A stretch of DNA of 64,000 bases from Eledone cirrhosa. Taxonomy: Eukaryota. Below are positions 34,358 through 48,509 of the stretch, in pieces (position 1 is the stretch's first letter; each line of letters starts with the position of its first letter). A program made the position numbers and the translations under genes. The stretch is taken from positions 48,112,001 to 48,176,000 of the forward strand of contig OZ024741.1 in assembly GCA_964016885.1 (NCBI GenBank), read 5' to 3'. A model generated the notes under the pieces. The model saw only the letters and a list, made by a program, of their open reading frames with translations. It did no database searches and had not been told where the DNA came from.

Positions 34358-35949
34358 ATCATCATCATCATCATCATCATCATCACCGTTTTACGTCCGT
34401 TCTTCCACGCTAGCATGGGGTAGACGGGTTGTCCTGTTGTGTGCAGTGTCTGGTTGGCTGACCATGCCTTGCTCATACAGGAACTGATCTGGCTTGATTT
34501 CTACAGCTGGATGCCCTTCCTAACACCAACCTCATTTACAGTGAGTGCTGGGTGCTTTTTCGTGGCGCCTACACGTCCACTTTACAGTGTGGGCTGGGTG
34601 CTCTTTTGCCGTGGCACCTCCACGACCACCTTGCGGTGGGGTTGTGTGGGGGCATATTGTTTATATACTTCAGCATGTACCCATGGGAGGTCGGGTACTC
34701 TGTATTACTGCGTGACGCCAGAAGTCACGGTCGTGTGTCATTGTCTTTGAGAGGTGTAATTGGGTAAGGTCGACTTTTATCACCTTATCCCAGGTCATCT
34801 TGGGTCTCCCCACTCCGCGGTTTCCATCAACTTCTAGTGCTCTGCACCTTTTTATGCAGCTGTCATCCTTCATACGCATCACATGTCCATACCAGCACAA
34901 CCGCCTCTCCTGCACACAGCATTTGATTCCTCTTATGCTCAGTCTCTCTCTCAATTCATTTATGCTTTGTCGTTCACGTATATTACTGTTACACATCCAT
35001 CGGAGCATGCAGGATTCGTTTCTCTCTAATCTACGTAAGTCTTCCACCTTCAGCGCCCAGGTCTCACTACCATGCAACATCGCTGTTCGGATACACGCAT
35101 CTTACAGTCTGCCTTTCATTCTGAGGGAGAAGCCTTTTGCAGCTAGCAGTGGTAGTAGTTCCCTAAACTTCTTCCATCCCGTTCTTACCCTAGTTATTGT
35201 ACTTTCTGAACACCCACCTCCGCTGCTAATTCAGTCACCTAGGTAGCAGAAGCTGTCTACTGTTTCTAGAGGGCCCTCCCAGAGATTGGTGGTACTTGTT
35301 TCTTGTGGCTGTTTGCTGATTGCTGTTTCAGCACAGCAGCTGCATGTGAATCCTACATTCTTAATTAAGCTTCCTGAGATCCCGCTACATCTCTTGTGTA
35401 CCCATTGTTTGCATTTGGGGCAGAGAATGGAGTTCCTACCTACACCTTTCCTACATACTGAGCAAGGCCATTTCCCCGAGGGGATCTGGGTTCTGTTTTC
35501 TCGTCTACTTACAAGGACCTTAGTCTTGGTCATGTTGACTTTGAGACCCTTTCTCTCTAGTCCCTGCTTCCAGGTTTGGAATTTATTCTCTAGTTCTACC
35601 ATAGATTCAGCTATGAGTGCGAGGTCATCAGCATACAGGAGTTCCCATGGGCATCCGGTCTTAAACTCCTCCGTTATTGCCTGCAGGACGATGGTGAACA
35701 GGAGAGGGCTAAGAACAGAGCCCTGGTGGACCCCAACCTGTACGCTAAATTCCTCGCTATACTCATTGCTAATCCTAACTTTGCTGACTGCTCCCCTATA
35801 CATGGCTTGTACCGCTTTCACAAGCCATTCATCTACTCCTAGTTTTCTAAGAGCGCACCAGATTACAGCACGTGGAACTCTGTCAAAGGCTTTCTCAAGG
35901 CCGACAAATGCCAGGTAGAGTGGCTTACTTTTAGCTAGGTACTTTTCCT
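34358..35949 (-). mobile_element. 5'-truncated RTE LINE (family B), copy 1
   Basis: RT GVHQGSVLSPLLF/LLYADD, CSVC-CPKC-H-C-CSCC finger, C-terminus, 3' UTR shared with SINE 3911, (GAT)n tail. Confidence 0.95.
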
Positions 35950-35975
35950 CACAAGGAAGAGGGCAAAAAAAAAAA

Positions 35976-37390
35976 TATATATATATATATATTTAGTTGT
36001 CTCTGGTCTACACATACTATATATATATTTAGTTGTATCTCTGGTCTAAACAGACTATATATATATTTAGTTGTATCTGGTCTACACAGACTATATATAT
36101 ATTTAGTTGTATCTGGTCTACACAGACTATATATATATTTAGTTGTATCTCTGGTCTACACAGACTATATATATATTTAGTTGTATCTGGTCTCCACAGA
36201 CTATATATATATTTAGTTGTGTCTGGTCTACACAGACTATATATATATTTAGTTGTATCTCTGGTCTCCACAGACTATATATATATTTAGTTGTATCTGG
36301 TCTACACAGACTATATATATATTTAGTTGTATCTGGTCTACACAGACTATATATATATTTAGTTGTGTCTCTGGTCTACACAGACAATATATATATTTAG
36401 TTGTATCTCTGGTCTACACAGACTATATATATATTTAGTTGTATCTGGACTACACAGCCTATATATATATTTAGTTGTATCTCTGGTCTACACAGACTAT
36501 ATATATATTTAGTTGTGTCTCTGGTCTACACAGACTATATATATATTTAGTTGTATCTGTTCTACACAGACTATATATATATTTAGTTGTGTCTCTGGTC
36601 TACACAGACTATATATATATTTAGTTGTATCTCTGGTCTACACAGACTATATATATATTTAGTTGTGTCTGGTCTCCACAGACTATATATATATTTACTT
36701 GTATCTGGTCTCCACAGACTATATATATATTTAGTTGTATCTCTGGTCTACACAGACTATATATATATTTAGTTGTATCTCTGGTCTACACAGACTATAT
36801 ATATATTTAGTTGTGTCTCTGGTCTACACAGACAATATATATATTTAGTTGTATCTCTGGTCTATACAGACTATATATATATTTAGTTGTGTCTCTGGTC
36901 TACACAGACTATATATATATTTAGTTGTGTCTCTGGTCTCCACAGACTATATATATATTTAGTTGTGTCTCTGGTCTCCACAGACTATATATATATTTAG
37001 TTGTATCTGGTCTACACAGACTATATATCTATTTAGTTGTATTTGGTCTACACAGACTATATATATATTTAGTTGTATCTGGTCTCCACAGACTATATAT
37101 ATATTTAGTTGTCTCTCTGCTCTACACAGACTATATATATATTTAGTTGTATCTGGTCTACACAGACTATATATATATTTAGTTGTATCTGGTCTACACA
37201 GACTATATATATATTTAGTTGTATCTGGTCTACACAGACTATATATATATTTAGTTGTATCTGCTCTACACAGACTATATATATATTTAGTTGTATCTCT
37301 GGACTCCACAGACTATATATCTATTTAGTTGTATCTCTGGTCTACACAGACTATATATCTATTTAGTTGTATCTCTGGTCTACACAGACT
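35976..37390. repeat. 36/38-bp satellite between the duplicated RTE copies
   Basis: Same monomer. Confidence 0.97.
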
Positions 37391-38981
37391 ATCATCATCA
37401 TCATCATCATCATCATCACCGTTTTACGTCCGTTCTTCCACGCTAGCATGGGGTAGACGGGTTGTCCTGTTGTGTGCAGTGTCTGGTTGGCTGACCATGC
37501 CTTGCTCATACAGGAACTGATCTGGCTTGATTTCTACAGCTGGATGCCCTTCCTAACACCAACCTCATTTACAGTGAGTGCTGGGTGCTTTTTCGTGGCG
37601 CCTACACGTCCACTTTACAGTGTGGGCTGGGTGCTCTTTTGCCGTGGCACCTCCACGACCACCTTGCGGTGGGGGGTGTGGGGGCATATTGTTTATATAC
37701 TTCAGCATGTACCCATGGGAGGTCGGGTACTGTGTATTACTGCGTGACGCCAGAAGTCACGGTCGTGTGTCATTGTCTTTGAGAGGTGTAATTGGGTAAG
37801 GTCGACTTTTATCACCTTATCCCAGGTCATCTTGGGTCTCCCCACTCCGCGGTTTCCATCAACTTCTAGTGCTCTGCACCTTTTTATGCAGCTGTCATCC
37901 TTCATACGCATCACATGTCCATACCAGCACAACCGCCTCTCCTGCACACAGCATTTGATTCCTCTTATGCTCAGTCTCTCTCTCAATTCATTTATGCTTT
38001 GTCGTTCACGTATATTACTGTTACACATCCATCGGAGCATGCAGGATTCGTTTCTCTCTAATCTACGTAAGTCTTCCACCTTCAGCGCCCAGGTCTCACT
38101 ACCATGCAACATCGCTGTTCGGATACACGCATCTTACAGTCTGCCTTTCATTCTGAGGGAGAAGCCTTTTGCAGCTAGCAGTGGTAGTAGTTCCCTAAAC
38201 TTCTTCCATCCCGTTCTTACCCTAGTTATTGTACTTTCTGAACACCCACCTCCGCTGCTAATTCAGTCACCTAGGTAGCAGAAGCTGTCTACTGTTTCTA
38301 GAGGGCCCTCCCAGAGATTGGTGGTACTTGTTTCTTGTGGCTGTTTGCTGATTGCTGTTTCAGCACAGCAGCTGCATGTGAATCCTACATTCTTAATTAA
38401 GCTTCCTGAGATCCCGCTACATCTCTTGTGTACCCATTGTTTGCATTTGGGGCAGAGAATGGAGTTCCTACCTACACCTTTCCTACATACTGAGCAAGGC
38501 CATTTCCCCGAGGGGATCTGGGTTCTGTTTTCTCGTCTACTTACAAGGACCTTAGTCTTGGTCATGTTGACTTTGAGACCCTTTCTCTCTAGTCCCTGCT
38601 TCCAGGTTTGGAATTTATTCTCTAGTTCTACCATAGATTCAGCTATGAGTGCGAGGTCATCAGCATACAGGAGTTCCCATGGGCATCCGGTCTTAAACTC
38701 CTCCGTTATTGCCTGCAGGACGATGGTGAACAGGAGAGGGCTAAGAACAGAGCCCTGGTGGACCCCAACCTGTACGCTAAATTCCTCGCTATACTCATTG
38801 CTAATCCTAACTTTGCTGACTGCTCCCCTATACATGGCTTGTACCGCTTTCACAAGCCATTCATCTACTCCTAGTTTTCTAAGAGCGCACCAGATTACAG
38901 CACGTGGAACTCTGTCAAAGGCTTTCTCAAGGTCGACAAATGCCAGGTAGAGTGGCTTACTTTTAGCTAGGTACTTTTCCT
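37391..38981 (-). mobile_element. 5'-truncated RTE LINE (family B), copy 2 (tandem duplicate at +3032/3033)
   Basis: Same truncation point, same junctions and same internal stop as copy 1, with only a few differences. Confidence 0.95.
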
Positions 38982-39007
38982 CACAAGGAAGAGGGCAAAA
39001 AAAAAAA

Positions 39008-40789
39008 TATATATATATATATATTTAGTTGTCTCTGGTCTACACATACTATATATATATTTAGTTGTATCTCTGGTCTAAACAGACTATATATATATTT
39101 AGTTGTATCTGGTCTACACAGACTATATATATATTTAGTTGTATCTGGTCTACACAGACTATATATATATTTAGTTGTATCTCTGGTCTACACAGACTAT
39201 ATATATATTTAGTTGTATCTGGTCTCCACAGACTATATATATATTTAGTTGTGTCTGGTCTACACAGACTATATATATATTTAGTTATATCTCTGGTCTC
39301 CACAGACTATATATATATTTAGTTGTATCTGGTCTACACAGACTATATATATATTTAGTTGTATCTGGTCTACACAGACTATATATATATTTAGTTGTGT
39401 CTCTGGTCTACACAGACAATATATATATTTAGTTGTATCTCTGGTCTACACAGACTATATATATATTTAGTTGTATCTGGACTACACAGCCTATATATAT
39501 ATTTAGTTGTATCTCTGGTCTACACAGACTATATATATATTTAGTTGTGTCTCTGGTCTACACAGACTATATATATATTTAGTTGTATCTGTTCTACACA
39601 GACTATATATATATTTAGTTGTGTCTCTGGTCTACACAGACTATATATATATTTAGTTGTATCTCTGGTCTACACAGACTATATATATATTTAGTTGTGT
39701 CTGGTCTCCACAGACTATATATATATTTACTTGTATCTGGTCTCCACAGACTATATATATATTTAGTTGTATCTCTGGTCTACACAGACTATATATATAT
39801 TTAGTTGTGTCTCTGGTCTACACAGACTATATATATATTTAGTTGTATCTCTGGTCTACACAGACAATATATATATTTAGTTGTGTCTCTGGTCTACACA
39901 GACTATATATATATTTAGTTGTGTCTCTGGTCTACACAGACAATATATATATTTAGTTGTGTCTCTGGTCTACACAGACTATATATATATTTAGTTGTAT
40001 CTCTGGTCTACACAGACAATATATATATTTAGTTGTGTCTCTGGTCTACACAGACTATATATATATTTAGTTGTATCTGGTCTACACAGACTATATATCT
40101 ATTTAGTTGTATCTCTGGTCTCCACAGACTATATATATATTTAGTTGTATCTGGTCTACACAGACTATATATATATTTAGTTGTGTCTGGTCTACACAGA
40201 CTATATATATATTTAGTTGTATCTGGTCTACACAGACTATATATATATTTAGTTGTATCTCTGGTCTCCACAGACTATATATATATTTAGTTGTATCTGG
40301 TCTACACAGACTATATATATATTTAGTTGTGTCTCTGGTCTACACAGACAATATATATATTTAGTTGTGTCTGGTCTACACAGACTATATATATATTTAG
40401 TTGTATCTGGTCTCCACAGACTATATATATATTTAGTTGTGTCTCTGGTCTACACAGACAATATATATATTTAGTTGTGTCTGGTCTACACAGACTATAT
40501 ATATATTTAGTTGTATCTGGTCTACACAGACTATATATATATTTAGTTGTATCTCTGGTCTCCACAGACTATATATATATTTAGTTGTATCTGGTCTACA
40601 CAGACTATATATATATTTAGTTGTATCTCTGGTCTACACAGACTATATATATATTCAGTTGTATCTCTGGTCTACACAGACTATATATATATTTAGTTGT
40701 ATCTCTGGTCTACACAGACTATATATATATTTAGTTGTATCTCTGGTCTCCACAGACTATATATATATTTAGTTGTATCTGGTCTCCTC

Positions 40790-40832
<43 letters not shown>

Positions 40833-43741
40833 ATATATATATTTAGTTGTATCTCTGGTCTACACAGACTATATATATATTTAGTTGTGTCTGGTCTACA
40901 CAGACTATATATATATTTAGTTGTATCTCTGGTCTCCACAGACTATATATATATTTAGTTGTATCTCTGGTCTCCACAGACTATATATATATTTAGTTGT
41001 ATCTCTGGTCTACACAGACTATATATATATTTAGTTGTATCTGGTCTCCACAGACTATATATATATTTAGTTGTATCTCTGGTCTCCACAGACTATATAT
41101 ATATTTAGTTGTATCTCTGGTCTCCTCAGACTATATATATATTTAGTTGTATCTGGTCTACAGAGACTAAATATATATTTAGTTGTGTATCTGGTCTCCA
41201 CAGACAATATATATATTTAGTTGTGTCTCTGGTCTCCACAGACTATATATATTTAGTTGTATCTCTGGTCTACACAGACTATATATATATTTAGTTGTAT
41301 CTGGTCTACAGAGACTAAATATATATTTAGTTGTGTATCTGGTCTCCACAGACAATATATATATTTAGTTGTATCTCTGGTCTCCTCAGACTATATATAT
41401 ATTTAGTTGTATCTGGTCTACAGAGACTAAATATATATTTAGTTATGTATCTGGTCTCCACAGACAATATATATATTTAGTTGTATCTCTGGTCTCCACA
41501 GACTATTTATATATTTAGTTGTGTCTCTGGTCTCCACAGACTATATATATATTTAGTTGTATCTGGTCTACACAGACTATATATATATTTAGTTGTCTCT
41601 GGTCTCCACAGACTATATATATATATTTAGTTGTATCTCTGGTCTACACAGACTATATATATATTTAGTTGTATCTCTGGTCTACACAGACAATATATAT
41701 ATTTAGTTGTATCTCTGGTCTACACAGACTATTTATATATTTAGTTGTGTATCTGGTCTCCACAGACTATATATATATTTAGTTGTATCTGGTTTACACA
41801 GACTATATATATATTTAGTTGTATCTCTGGTCTCCACAGACTATATATATATTTAGTTGTGTCTCTGGTCTCCACAGACTATATATATATTTAGTTGTAT
41901 CTGGTCTACACAGACTATATATCTATTTAGTTGTATCTCTGGTCTCCACAGACTATATATATATTTATGTGTATCTCTGGTCTCCACAGACTATATATAT
42001 ATTTAGTTGTGTCTCTGGTCTACACAGACAATATATATATTTAGTTGTGTCTGGTCTACACAGACTATATATATATTTAGTTGTATCTGGTCTACACGGA
42101 CTATATATATATTTAGTTGTATCTCTGGTCTACACAGACTATATATATATTTAGTTGTATCTCTGGTCTCCACAGACTATATATATATTTAGTTGTATCT
42201 CTGGTCTCCACAGACTATATATATATTTAGTTGTATCTGGTCTACACAGACTATATATCTATTTAGTTGTATCTCTGGTCTCCACAGACTATATATATAT
42301 TTAGTTGTATCTGGTCTACACAGACTATATGTATATTTAGTTGTATCTCTGGTCTCCACAGACTATATATATATTTAGTTGTGTCTCTGGTCTACACAGA
42401 CAATATATATATTTAGTTGTGTCTGGTCTACACAGACTATATATATATTTAGTTGTATCTGGTCTACACAGACTATATATATATTTAGTTGTATCTGGTC
42501 TACACAGACTATATATATATTTAGTTGTATCTCTGGTCTACACAGACTATATATATATTTAGTTGTATCTGGTCTACACAGACTATATATATATTTAGTT
42601 GTATCTCTGGTCTCCACAGACTATATATCTATTTAGTTGTATCTGGTCTACACAGACTATATATATATTTAGTTGTATCTCTGGTCTCCACAGACTATAT
42701 ATATATTTAGTTGTATCTCTGGTCTACACAGACTATATATATATTTAGTTGTATCTGGTCTACACAGACTATATATCTATTTAGTTGTATCTCTGGTCTC
42801 CACAGACTATATATATATTTAGTTGTATCTGGTCTACACAGACTATATATATATTTAGTTGTATCTCTGGTCTCCACAGACTATATATCTATTTAGTTGT
42901 ATCTCTGGTCTACACAGACTATATATATATTTAGTTGTATCTCTGGTCTACACAAACAATATATATATTTAGTTGTGTCTCTGGTCTCCACAGACTATAT
43001 ATATATTTAGTTGTGTCTCTGGTCTCCACAGACTATATATATATTTAGTTGTATCTGGTCTACACAGACTATATATATATTTAGTTGTATCTCTGGTCTA
43101 CACAGACTATATATATATTTAGTTGTATCTCTGGTCTACACAGACTATATATATATTTAGTTGTATCTCTGGTCTACACAGACTATATATATATTTAGTT
43201 GTATCTCTGGTCTACACAGACAATATATATATTTAGTTGTGTCTCTGGTCTCCACAGACTATATATATATTTAGTTGTATCTGGTCTACACAGACTATAT
43301 ATATATTTAGTTGTGTCTCTGGTCTACACAGACTATATATATATTTAGTTGTATCTCTGGTCTACACAGACTATATATATATTCAGTTGTATCTCTGGTC
43401 TCCACAGACTATATATATATTTAGTTGTATCTGGTCTACACAGACTATATATATATTTAGTTGTGTCTCTGGTCTCCTCAGACTATATATATATTTAGTT
43501 GTGTCTCTGGTCTCCACAGACTATATATATATTTAGTTGTGTCTCTGGTCTACACAGACAATATATATATTTAGTTGTGTCTGGTCTACACAGACTATAT
43601 ATATATTTAGTTGTATCTGGTCTACACAAACTATATATATATTTAGTTGTATCTCTGGTCTCCACAGACTATATATATATTTAGTTGTATCTCTGGTCTC
43701 CTCAGACTATATATATATATTTAGTTGTATCTGGTCTCCTC

Positions 43742-43820
<79 letters not shown>

Positions 43821-45931
43821 TTAGTTGTATCTCTGGTCTACACAGACTATATATATATTTAGTTGTGTCTGGTCTACACAGACTATATATATATTTAGTT
43901 GTATCTCTGGTCTCCACAGACTATATATATATTTAGTTGTATCTGGTCTCCACAGACTATATATATATTTAGTTGTATCTCTGGTCTCCACAGACTATAT
44001 ATATATTTAGTTGTATCTCTGGTCTCCACAGACTATATATATATTTAGTTGTATCTCTGGTCTCCACAGACTATATATATATTTAGTTGTATCTCTGGTC
44101 TCCTCAGACTATATATATATTTAGTTGTATCTGGTCTACAGAGACTAAATATATATTTAGTTGTGTATCTGGTCTCCACAGACAATATATATATTTAGTT
44201 GTGTCTCTGGTCTACACAGACTATTTATATATTTAGTTGTGTCTCTGGTCTCCACAGACTATATATATATTTAGTTGTATCTGGTCTACACAGACAATAT
44301 ATATATTTAGTTGTGTCTCTGGTCTACACAGACTATTTATATATTTAGTTGTGTCTCTGGTCTCCACAGACTATATATATATTTAGTTGTATCTGGTTTA
44401 CACAGACTATATATATATTTAGTTGTCTCTGGTCTCCACAGACAATATATATATTTAGTTGTATCTCTGGTCTACACAGACTATATATATATTTAGTTGT
44501 GTCTCTGGTCTATACAGACAATATATATATTTAGTTGTATCTCTGGTCTACACAGACTATATATATATTTAGTTGTGTCTCTGGTCTACACAGACTATAT
44601 ATATATTTAGTTGTATCTGGTCTCCACAGACTATATATATATTAAGTTGTATCTCTGGTCTACACAGACTATATATCTATTTAGTTGTGTCTCTGGTCTA
44701 CACAGACTATATATATATTTAGTTGTATCTCTGGTCTCCACAGACAATATATATATTTAGTTGTATCTGGTCTCCACAGACTATATATCTATTTAGTTGT
44801 ATCTCTGGTCTCCACAGACTATATATATATCTAGTTGTGTCTGGTCTACACAGACTATATATATATTTAGTTGTGTCTGGTCTACACAGACTATATATAT
44901 ATTTAGTTGTGTCTGGTCTACACAGACTATATATATATTTAGTTGTATCTGGTCTACACAGACTATATATATATTTAGTTGTGTCTGGTCTACACAGACT
45001 ATATATATATTTAGTTGTATCTGGTCTACACAGACTATATATATATTTAGTTGTATCTCTGGTCTCCACAGACTATATATCTATTTAGTTGTATCTCTGG
45101 TCTACACAGACTATATATATATTTAGTTGTATCTCTGGTCTACACAAACAATATATATATTTAGTTGTGTCTCTGGTCTCCACAGACTATATATATATTT
45201 AGTTGTGTCTCTGGTCTCCACAGACTATATATATATTTAGTTGTATCTGGTCTACACAGACTATATATATATTTAGTTGTATCTCTGGTCTACACAGACT
45301 ATATATATATTTAGTTGTATCTCTGGTCTACACAGACTATATATATATTTAGTTGTATCTCTGGTCTACACAGACGATATATATTTAGTTGTATCTCTGG
45401 TCTACACAGACAATATATATATTTAGTTGTGTCTCTGGTCTCCACAGACTATATATATATTTAGTTGTATCTGGTCTACACAGACTATATATATATTTAG
45501 TTGTGTCTCTGGTCTACACAGACTATATATATATTTAGTTGTATCTCTGGTCTACACAGACTATATATATATTCAGTTGTATCTCTGGTCTCCACAGACT
45601 ATATATATATTTAGTTGTATCTGGTCTACACAGACTATATATATATTTAGTTGTGTCTCTGGTCTCCTCAGACTATATATATATTTAGTTGTGTCTCTGG
45701 TCTCCACAGACTATATATATATTTAGTTGTGTCTCTGGTCTACACAGACAATATATATATTTAGTTGTGTCTGGTCTACACAGACTATATATATATTTAG
45801 TTGTATCTGGTCTACACAAACTATATATATATTTAGTTGTATCTCTGGTCTCCACAGACTATATATATATTTAGTTGTATCTCTGGTCTCCTCAGACTAT
45901 ATATATATATTTAGTTGTATCTGGTCTCCTC

Positions 45932-46012
<81 letters not shown>

Positions 46013-48453
46013 TTAGTTGTATCTCTGGTCTCCACAGACTATATATCTATTTAGTTGTATCTCTGGTCTACACAAACAATATATATATTTAGTTGTGTCT
46101 CTGGTCTCCACAGACTATATATATATTTAGTTGTGTCTCTGGTCTCCACAGACTATATATATATTTAGTTGTATCTGGTCTACACAGACTATATATATAT
46201 TTAGTTGTATCTCTGGTCTACACAGACTATATATATATTTAGTTGTATCTCTGGTCTACACAGACTATATATATATTTAGTTGTATCTCTGGTCTACACA
46301 GACTATATATATATTTAGTTGTATCTCTGGTCTACACAGACAATATATATATTTAGTTGTGTCTCTGGTCTCCACAGACTATATATATATTTAGTTGTAT
46401 CTGGTCTACACAGACTATATATATATTTAGTTGTGTCTCTGGTCTACACAGACTATATATATATTTAGTTGTATCTCTGGTCTACACAGACTATATATAT
46501 ATTCAGTTGTATCTCTGGTCTCCACAGACTATATATATATTTAGTTGTATCTGGTCTACACAGACTATATATATATTTAGTTGTGTCTCTGGTCTCCTCA
46601 GACTATATATATATTTAGTTGTGTCTCTGGTCTCCACAGACTATATATATATTTAGTTGTGTCTCTGGTCTACACAGACAATATATATATTTAGTTGTGT
46701 CTGGTCTACACAGACTATATATATATTTAGTTGTGTCTGGTCTACACAGACTATATATATATTTAGTTGTGTCTGGTCTACACAGACTATATATATATTT
46801 AGTTGTATCTCTGGTCTCCACAGACTATATATTTAGTTGTATCTGGTCTCCACAGACTATATATATATTTAGTTGTATCTCTGGTCTCCACAGACTATAT
46901 ATATATTTAGTTGTATCTCTGGTCTCCACAGACTATATATATATTTAGTTGTATCTCTGGTCTCCTCAGACTATATATATATTTAGTTGTATCTGGTCTA
47001 CAGAGACTAAATATATATTTAGTTGTGTATCTGGTCTCCACAGACAATATATATATTTAGTTGTGTCTCTGGTCTACACAGACTATTTATATATTTAGTT
47101 GTGTCTCTGGTCTCCACAGACTATATATATATTTAGTTGTATCTGGTCTACACAGACAATATATATATTTAGTTGTGTCTCTGGTCTACACAGACTATTT
47201 ATATATTTAGTTGTGTCTCTGGTCTCCACAGACTATATATATATTTAGTTGTATCTGGTCTACACAGACTATATATATATTTAGTTGTCTCTGGTCTCCA
47301 CAGACAATATATATATTTAGTTGTATCTCTGGTCTACACAGACTATATATATATTTAGTTGTGTCTCTGGTCTATACAGACAATATATATATTTAGTTGT
47401 ATCTCTGGTCTACACAGACTATATATATATTTAGTTGTGTCTCTGGTCTACACAGACTATATATATATTTAGTTGTATCTGGTCTCCACAGACTATATAT
47501 ATATTTAGTTGTATCTCTGGTCTACACAGACTATATATCTATTTAGTTGTGTCTCTGGTCTACACAGACTATATATATATTTAGTTGTATCTCTGGTCTC
47601 CACAGACAATATATATATTTAGTTGTATCTGGTCTCCACAGACTATATATCTATTTAGTTGTATCTCTGGTCTCCACAGACTATATATATATCTAGTTGT
47701 GTCTGGTCTACACAGACTATATATATATTTAGTTGTGTCTGGTCTACACAGACTATATATATATTTAGTTGTGTCTGGTCTACACAGACTATATATATAT
47801 TTAGTTGTATCTGGTCTACACAGACTATATATATATTTAGTTGTGTCTGGTCTACACAGACTATATATATATTTAGTTGTATCTGGTCTACACAGACTAT
47901 ATATATATTTAGTTGTATCTCTGGTCTCCACAGACTATATATCTATTTAGTTGTATCTCTGGTCTCCACAGACTATATATATATTTAGTTGTATCTCTGG
48001 TCTCCACAGACAATATATATATTTAGTTGTATCTGGTCTACACAGACTATATATATATTTAGTTGTATCTGGTCTCGACAGACTATATATCTATTTAGTT
48101 GTATCTCTGGTCTCCACAGACTATATATATATTTAGTTGTATCTCTGGTCTCCACAGACAATATATATATTTAGTTGTATCTGGTCTCCACAGACTATAT
48201 ATCTATTTAGTTGTATCTCTGGTCTCCACAGACTATATATATATTTAGTTGTATCTCTGGTCTCCACAGACTATATATATATTTAGTTGTATCTGGTCTC
48301 CTCAGACTATATATATATTTAGTTGCATCTCTGGTCTCCACAGACTATATATATATTTAGTTGTATCTCTGGTCTCCACAGACTATATATATATTTAGTT
48401 GTATCTCTGGTCTCCACAGACTATATATATATTTAGTTGTATCTGGTCTCCTC

Positions 48454-48509
<56 letters not shown>

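Noticed and set aside
35286-35918. 210-aa plus-strand ORF and other ORFs antisense to RTE/Gypsy coding regions
   Set aside because: They are antisense shadows of transposon reading frames.
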